Positions 56,706 through 64,000 of a DNA stretch of 64,000 nucleotides are shown one piece after another (position 1 is the first letter of the stretch; the number at the start of each line of letters is the position of its first letter). The stretch is from Paramecium tetraurelia (taxonomy: Eukaryota): contig CT868657.1 of the NCBI GenBank assembly GCA_000165425.1, positions 62,001-126,000 of the forward strand, given 5' to 3'. The notes under the pieces were generated by a model, which saw nothing but the letters and a program-made list of their open reading frames with translations, did not search any database and was not told where the DNA came from. Made by a program: the position numbers and the translations under genes.

Positions 56706-59700
56706 ATGGGTAATAAATTTATGAGTGTTCCAAGTCGTACATTCAATATGAAGGATGGTTTGCAATTTACGATTGAGACAAAGAAATTATAAGGCGAAAA
56801 AAATTTTCCAAAACCTCCAACATCAAAAGATGACATTGAGAAATAATTTAATGAATGGCTTAATCAAGTATCAATTTTATGATTGTAGATTTGCTTGGAG
56901 TAAAAAGAATTAGAGCAAATAAAACAGCTTGAACAAAAATATAAGTTTAGAATATGCTAATTATACAATAACTTTATGTTGACAATAAAGAAGAATCAAT
57001 TAAATGAGGAAACTAAAATCAAAAAAATCCTGGAAGACACTAAGCAAATAATAATTAAATATGTTCAGGATAATTCTGATCTTCATCTCAATTGTACAAT
57101 AATTAGTATATATTTCAGCCTTACTAAATAACATAAAGGATTAATAATAGCAATAGTATATCAATGAAAAGCTGTAATTAATTAAATAGTATCTTTTTGT
57201 GCAGATATTATTGTTGAAATTGAAACAGTTAGAGGAATAATCAAGAATATAGAAAAATTTTAGGGAATAAACTACCATCTTAGAATTTTTTGAATTCCTG
57301 CTTTAATTTAAGATTGGGAGAGAGTGCTTAATGGTAGATGGTTTCTTTGGAGTGTTGTTTAGTAATTTTCATCCAATCGAAACGAAAATTACAGGAATTA
57401 CCCTGAAGATATTGTCTGGGAGCAAAGGATTAAGTTGGTAACCTGGATGTGTCTAACAAATTTTAGAAGCTATGCATAAGTTTTAGAAAATGTACTAACT
57501 TCAAAACAGGTTCAATTTAAAATTTAAAATTTAGATTCGATATCTTAGTTAGAACCATTTATGCCTCTAAGAATTTACTTATGGTATTTTTAATTGTTAA
57601 ATTCTTATTCAAATTTCTGTATTCCTTGGACAATGAAATAGTTGATGAAGTTGTTAAAGAATTTTTTGATTGCAGAGTTAACGACAAAAAAGTAAATGAA
57701 ATATTTCGTTTGGTCCAAGGCAGAATATAAAAGAAATTATATTAAAAAGAAGATTGCACATATGAATCTGTGAGAAAAGAGCTAAAAAAGTTTTAGCATC
57801 CCTTGGCATCAGATGGAAATGAGTAACTACTAACGAATAGATTTAAATTATAAGACATGAATATCCCTGAAAAAATCAATATATAGGAAGTAGTATCCGA
57901 AAATATTTAAAATGAATCTTTGAATTAGGACTTTAAAAATGATCAATACTATTATTTTGAGTATGGTTAAGATTCAATCTTCTAAGGAATTTAACGAAAT
58001 GTCTTAGAGTGGATAAATGCTATTCTTAACATTTTCTCCTTGTTAGATAATAATTAAGATTCATTTCTGAAAGCTGCTAGTGAGATTTAGGTTACTGATT
58101 TTTATTATGATAATAATTCAACCTAATTATCAGATCCCTTTATAGAATTAACACCTAATGATAGAGAGTCTAGCTTTGATTCACCTACTAAACTTATCAA
58201 ATAAATTGATTCTTCAAAGCATTCAGAAAATTAACTCACTTCATAGTAAGATGAGCTAACTGCAGAATTAGAAGACTATAAAAAGTAGCTTCAAAGTGAA
58301 AAAGAGCTCTGTTCGAAAAAAGAACTAGAATTAAAGGCTCTTCTAGATGAAAATGCTATTTTCAAAGCTCAAAATGAGGAACTTAAAAAATCTTTAGATA
58401 AATCTAAAGAAATGGTAACAGAATTATAAAAAAAGATAGCAAATCTTGAATAAAAGTAAATCTTCAATCAAAATAATGATATTAAAAATTAATCAAACTT
58501 TCATCAAAAAACAGACGAACAATAGATTTCATAGGCTTAAGTTTTGGTGGCATTCAATTTCAAAAAATCAGTTTAAAATACCTTTGTATAAACTGAAAAC
58601 TAGCCTTAAGAGTTAGAGAAAAGCAATTAAAATTAGAATTAAATTGATCAAGCTTCTCCTATTTAAAATTAAACTTCTCCCCAATAAGTTCAAAATTAAG
58701 CAACCGCTTTATTACCTCCTCCACCGCCTCCCCCACCTCTACCTAATACTTAAGTTCCACCTCCACCTCCTCCTCCTCCCCCACCACCTCCTCCATCAAA
58801 GAATGGAGCTCCTCCTCCTCCTCCACCACCACCTCCATCAAGAAACGGAGCTCCTCCTCCTCCACCGCCCCCACCACCTCCATCAAAAACTGGAGCTCCT
58901 CCTCCACCACCACCTCCTAGAATAGGTGGAGCTCCTCCTCCGCCACCTCCTTTAGGAAATAATTAATAATAAATCTCAAATTAAATTGTTTAATAACTTC
59001 CATCAGTACCTATTCGTAATTTGAATTGGATAGTAATAAATACATAGACTTAAAATAATTCTATTTTTCAATAAATATCAAATAGTGTTGAAGAAATTAA
59101 TATAGATTTTTTATTATTGGAAAAGAACTTTAACAAAGTCTAACCAAAAGATCAAAATATGAAATAATCTGCTGCTTAATCAAATGTTGCCAAAATTACT
59201 CTTTTGTCATCTGAAAGATCTAAGAATATTGAATTGGTTCTAGGAAAATTAAAGCTCCCAAATACTCTAATAATAAAGATATTAAAATCATTTGATGTAT
59301 AAATATTAACACCTGCCATTATTGAAAGCCTAGATGGGATATGTCCAACTGAGGAAGAAGTAAAGTGTTTAGCTGAATATACTGGTGAAAAAGATCAATT
59401 AGGCAATTCGGAATTATTTGTCGATGCACTAAGAACAGTTAATGGATTTCAACATAGATTAAAGGCAATCAAATTTAAAATTGGTTTTTAAGAGTAGGTT
59501 GTAGATTTGAAGAAAAAGATTGCCATTCTTGATCAGAGTTTCTTAAGAGTCAGAGAAATGCCAGAGATTGAAACCCTTTTTAAGATAGTATTAAAAATTG
59601 GTAATTTTTTAAATGGTAAATATTTTTCATAAAAATAGCATCTACAAGCAAAGGTAATGCGCAAGGCTTTAGAATAGATACAATAGAAAAATGTGCAGAT

Positions 59701-60462
59701 ATGAAAACAAGTGATGCATAAGAGAATTTACTTTATTATGTGATAGATTTATCAGAAAGTATACTGAAGAAGGAGATAATAGATGAATAAAGTAATAAAT
59801 TAATAATATAAAGCACAGTTATCTAGAGTTTGGAACCAATTGAAAAGTTATCAATATCACAATTATAAGTGGATTTGTCAGATTTTAAAAAAGGGTTAAA
59901 TGTTGTAACAAAAGCAATAGAATATTAAACAGAAGACTAAGAGGATTAAGTTAGAACATTTCTATAGCCAGTATAGGAAGAAATTAAAACAAATATCATT
60001 ATTATAGAATAATAATTAACGTAATTGGAGGATAATTACAAAAAAAGTGCTGCTTACTTTTGTGAGAATTAAAAAGATTCATCTGAAAAGTTTGGAGAAA
60101 AAATACTTAAGATGCTTAGATGCTTATTGAAAAATAAAAAGGAAAAGGTTCAAAAGGAGGAAAGAAAAAAAAAGTAATCAGAATTGCTTTTAAAATAACA
60201 ATCAAAAATAATGGCATAATCTAGTTCAAAAGCAAAACCTTAACAGCTGTCAGCCCAATCTGTAACACTTGCATCTGCAGGAAATTCTAATTAAAGCACT
60301 CCAAATGTGAGTGCTTTTAAAGTGGTGAATCAAAATGAAATATAAGCTAAATAATTTGGAATTTGCAAAGAAATCTAGGAATTAAGATAAATGAGGCAAA
60401 CTAAACTCACTAATTCGATGATTTAAAATGAAGCTGAAAAAACACCAAGTAAATAGGAATGA
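56706..60462 (+). CDS. Formin (N-terminal helical region, coiled coil, FH1, FH2)
   Basis: Poly-Pro FH1; FH2 motifs RNLNW, ERSKNIELVL, LKIGNFLN, GNAQGF; begins MGNK. Confidence 0.93.
58714..58952 (+). repeat. FH1 poly-proline repeats (P8-9-S-K/R-N/T-GA units)
   Basis: Repeated CCT/CCA runs separated by TCA AAG AAT GGA GCT-like spacers. Confidence 0.85.
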
Positions 60463-60735
60463 AAAATAATCATTTTTAAACTATTTTATAATTAAACATC
60501 AATTATAATTCATAATGTAAATTACCTATTTATAAAGAGCTTATTGAGGAAGTTATATATCAAATTTTTAATTTTAGACTAAAATATCTACTTTTAGCGT
60601 CATTTTTTATAATAGTTCTTAACAGATATTAATTCTTAAAATTTAGGAATTAGAAATGGAACTCTAAATAGTTTTAATTAATGATAATTTTCATTTTATT
60701 TTAATTTTAAAATTAAGGTAACAAATTCATCGAAG

Positions 60736-61641
60736 ATGGTATTGAATAACTTTCTTGGAAGATTATAAACTCTAGAATAATAAAATATTTAGCATGTTTC
60801 AATTGGATACATGCTAGCTGCATGTTTTTTTCATAGTTTATAATTTACAGTCTATAAATATGCTCACTTCACTATTGTAACTCAAGCATTATTTTGTCGT
60901 GCCTTTTTAACTTTAGTGCTACTTTTCTTTGGATAATATAAGTAAGATTTTTATCCTAAAGATAAAGTCCATATATTATTTTTTTCATAACTCTTAGTAG
61001 CTATTGGAGCTTCTTTTTTATTTTATGGAATCTTATATATTACTACTTCGGAAGCTGCAGTAATAAATTCCACTACGGCTATTTGGAGTTAAATTATAAG
61101 TTTAATTGTCAATAAAGAACCATTAACCAAAAGCAGAATGATCAACACACTTATTTGTATAATTGGAATAGTGTTGATAGTGAACCCTAAAATATCTCAA
61201 GACAACGATATGAAAAGAATAATGGGTTGCTTAAGTGTATTGGTCTGTAGTATTATCTAAGCAGCAGGGTTCAGCAGATTAAAGTAAATTGGTAAGGATG
61301 TAAGACCAACAATAACAACATTTTATTTTCATATCGCAACTATCTTTGTTATGAGTGTTTAACATCAATACGTAGCTGTATTTGAGTACTTTGACTACTA
61401 TTTTTTATACATTCTGGGCTATGCATTGTTTAGTTTATCTGGACATTTATTATAGTTTAGAGCTTAAACAATAGTATCATATGAAAAAATATGTAATTAT
61501 CAATTTTCTGCAATGATTTATTAGATATTTATGGATTATTTTATTTTTGGGAAGATTTTGTCAATATAGGGGTTTCTTGGAGGAGGTTTGATTGTGTTTG
61601 GAATTTTTAAATAGGTTCAAGAGGATAGAAAAATAAGATGA
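60736..61641 (+). CDS. EamA/DMT-family (SLC35G-like) membrane transporter
   Basis: Intronless 301 aa ORF, ~10 TM segments, ITTSEAAVINST, IGIVLIVNP. Confidence 0.8.
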
Positions 61642-61726
61642 TTTTTTATTTATTTAACAACAAATAATTAATAGATTAAACACATATATATATTTAATTA
61701 AATTTCAAACTTCATTAATCAGATTT

Positions 61727-63951
61727 TCATTATATTTATATAATATAGGTTTCATTGAGTTTTTTTATTTGTTTTAAAATATAGGAATGCATCTTTTCTA
61801 ATCCAATTGTTTAACTCATTTCTAAATATAGTATAAATAGTCTTAATTCATTTTGCTGGAAATTAATTAAATTGTTGAAAATTTTTAAACTATCCTTCAA
61901 AGGGTAACAATGATACTTAATCATCATTAAAATGAAGTTTGCATCGTATTATTTAAGACATTAATAATTTAGCATTAAATGTTTAGGAATTTTGAATTAT
62001 TTTAAGTTATTTGGGCATTTTTCTTCTAGTAATTAGATCATAATTGCTGTGCCTTATCCATCATTGAATTTATAAGACTATTCAAGGATTTAATTTATCA
62101 TTTCTGAATCTATTTACATTATAAAATCGAAAAGTCTAGTTTGATAGATTAATTCATTTATAATTATCTCCATATCCAAAACATCTACAGAACTCTAAAT
62201 TACTAAATATAAAAAGTAAGCTTGAGGCCTCGTGATCTAAACTTTAATCATATTAAATAATTTACATTATTGTTTTCATTTGAAATAAGAACTTATAGTA
62301 AGGCAGTATTTAATTAAAATTTATTGCTTTGAAAAAACCATTTAAATAAATGAGAAGCATCTTCTTCAGTTTTAATGGATTCTAACACGTTCTATCTAAA
62401 GCGCCTATCAAGTCTTCCTTCCCCTCTTAAGTTTTGCAATTTTTAAGTGTATAATGCTCTTATTCTAGGGCTGAAGTACTGGCAATTACATAAGGTGAAT
62501 AATAGAGGCATGGAGCTCATTTTATAAAATTAACTAGCTATAAATTCAGGAAGTTGTAATTATGGATATTCATCAAACAAAATAACAATATTAAGGATAG
62601 ATGTCTTAGATAATTAAACATCATCATAATTAACTATTTGATTAGAGGAGAAATTTGGATTGTTTAGTTGTCTTAAAAATTTTGAAATATCCATTTCACA
62701 AATGAAATGAAGATACACAAGATTTTTAATGTTTAAATTAATATTCTAAAAACTTAGATTTTCAAGAATAATTTTCAAGTATTCTGCAAAAGGTACGCAC
62801 TTAGTCTTTTTTTCCAAATAGTATAAGGACATTTAGTAAATATTAGTTATATTAAAATTTTCTTTAAGTAAATTTAAGCAAACAGATTCGAGTTTGAGAA
62901 TATCGTTTTTGTCTATATAATCAGCAAATATCACATTCTATAAATATTAAATTAAGAACTCAAAATTAAGATTATTTTATTTATCTTCATATTTTTATAA
63001 CATTTATTGAATTTATTCGTGTATGAGAAGCAATAAGGGTTTGGATTCATCAGAACCTTAATATTTACAATATTATAGGATAGCAATAATAGATTATGAT
63101 TCTAAATACTTCACATTTTGTTTTGTAGCTTCTAATTTTTCATCAATTTATTCCAGGTACTATTTTTCTGTAATGTGATATTTTAGTCTCATATTTATGA
63201 AGCACTTAGTCATGAATGCATATTAATCAACGTCGAAACTTTTGCCCACATTTTTTGAATAGTTCAAGACTTATAATATACAATAGAGGTCTACTTTTTT
63301 CTTTAATATGAACTTCTTATTTATAGAAGCGAGAAATTGCATTAGTTACACGACTGTGATTTCGTTGGTTGAAAACACATAATCAATGAAAAGTTTACTT
63401 AAAGGTTCCTCATATGGGAAAATCATGTCAACGCATTCATAGATCATGTTCAATTATCTTGGCAGGAATTGATTTTCCTCAATGTAGTTTTTAGTAATGG
63501 ATTGCAGTTGTTTAGTATCAACAGAATTTAAGAATCCTACGCTAGCATTGTCATAATAGAGTTTCTTATACCAATATATGAAGTCCCCGAGATCTAGATT
63601 GTTTAAGGTGGATATATATTGGTTGAATTGTCTTATTAGATTTTAATAGGATTCATTAAAATAATGATCATAAACAGGCAAATTATACATTCCCTGCATT
63701 TTAGCAGTGATTTTTAAACTCTGCAATAAATGGCGTTCAGTAAATTAGCATTTGTACCTGTTGTAGATATCAATGAGTTTAATTGGATCTAATTATGTAC
63801 ATATCAAAGTGGTCAACTCATCAGGTTATAAATCATCACGAGTTAAATCGAGTTTTGAACTACAAATTTAGATTTCTTAGGATGTGTTATAAGACTTTGA
63901 TACCCAATAACAAGGAAGCTATGTGAATGATTTTGATAAAAATTTATTCAT
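61727..63951 (-). CDS. Large hypothetical helical protein
   Basis: MNKFLSKSFTQLPCYWVSKSY..., ends at TGA 61727; L/I/Q/F-rich; interior only partly traced. Confidence 0.65.
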
Positions 63952-64000
63952 TAATTAAATTAATTCAACCATCATTCGAAGCATAAAAGAATCTCGATCT

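Noticed and set aside
58644..58925. Leu/His-rich ORF in the supplied track
   Set aside because: Out-of-frame reading of the formin poly-Pro FH1 region

Overview
This is AT-rich eukaryotic DNA with the hallmarks of a Paramecium-type ciliate macronuclear chromosome. TAA and TAG read as Gln, TGA is the only stop, introns are tiny (about 20-30 nt, GT..AG) and genes are tightly packed. The supplied standard-code ORF track therefore fragments almost every gene. Re-reading by hand with the ciliate code gives about 38 genes. Kinases: NEK-like, CAMK-like, NDR and PI4K-beta. Chromatin and genome maintenance: a zf-4CXXC_R1 (CDCA7-type finger) protein, a multi-OB-fold/zinc-ribbon RPA1/CTC1-like protein, class I HDAC, a PWWP protein and CAF-1 p60. 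Ciliary and cytoskeletal: BBOF1-like, ARMC2-like, LRRC6, KIF12-like kinesin, an IQCE-like protein with a very long poly-Gln tract, and a formin. Others: a Tra2/SR45a-like RRM protein, an OFA-type MFS transporter, an EamA transporter, a cupredoxin-like protein, a trichocyst-matrix-like protein, a membrane RING E3, a RimK-type ATP-grasp ligase, NAA10 and a tandem-GAF protein. Two decaying kinase pseudogenes and several ~1 kb gene-free gaps suggest gene loss after duplication. No rRNA, tRNA, CRISPR array, telomeric repeat or transposase was recognised. Boundaries were read by eye and may be off by a few bases; family calls rest on motif recall, not database searches.
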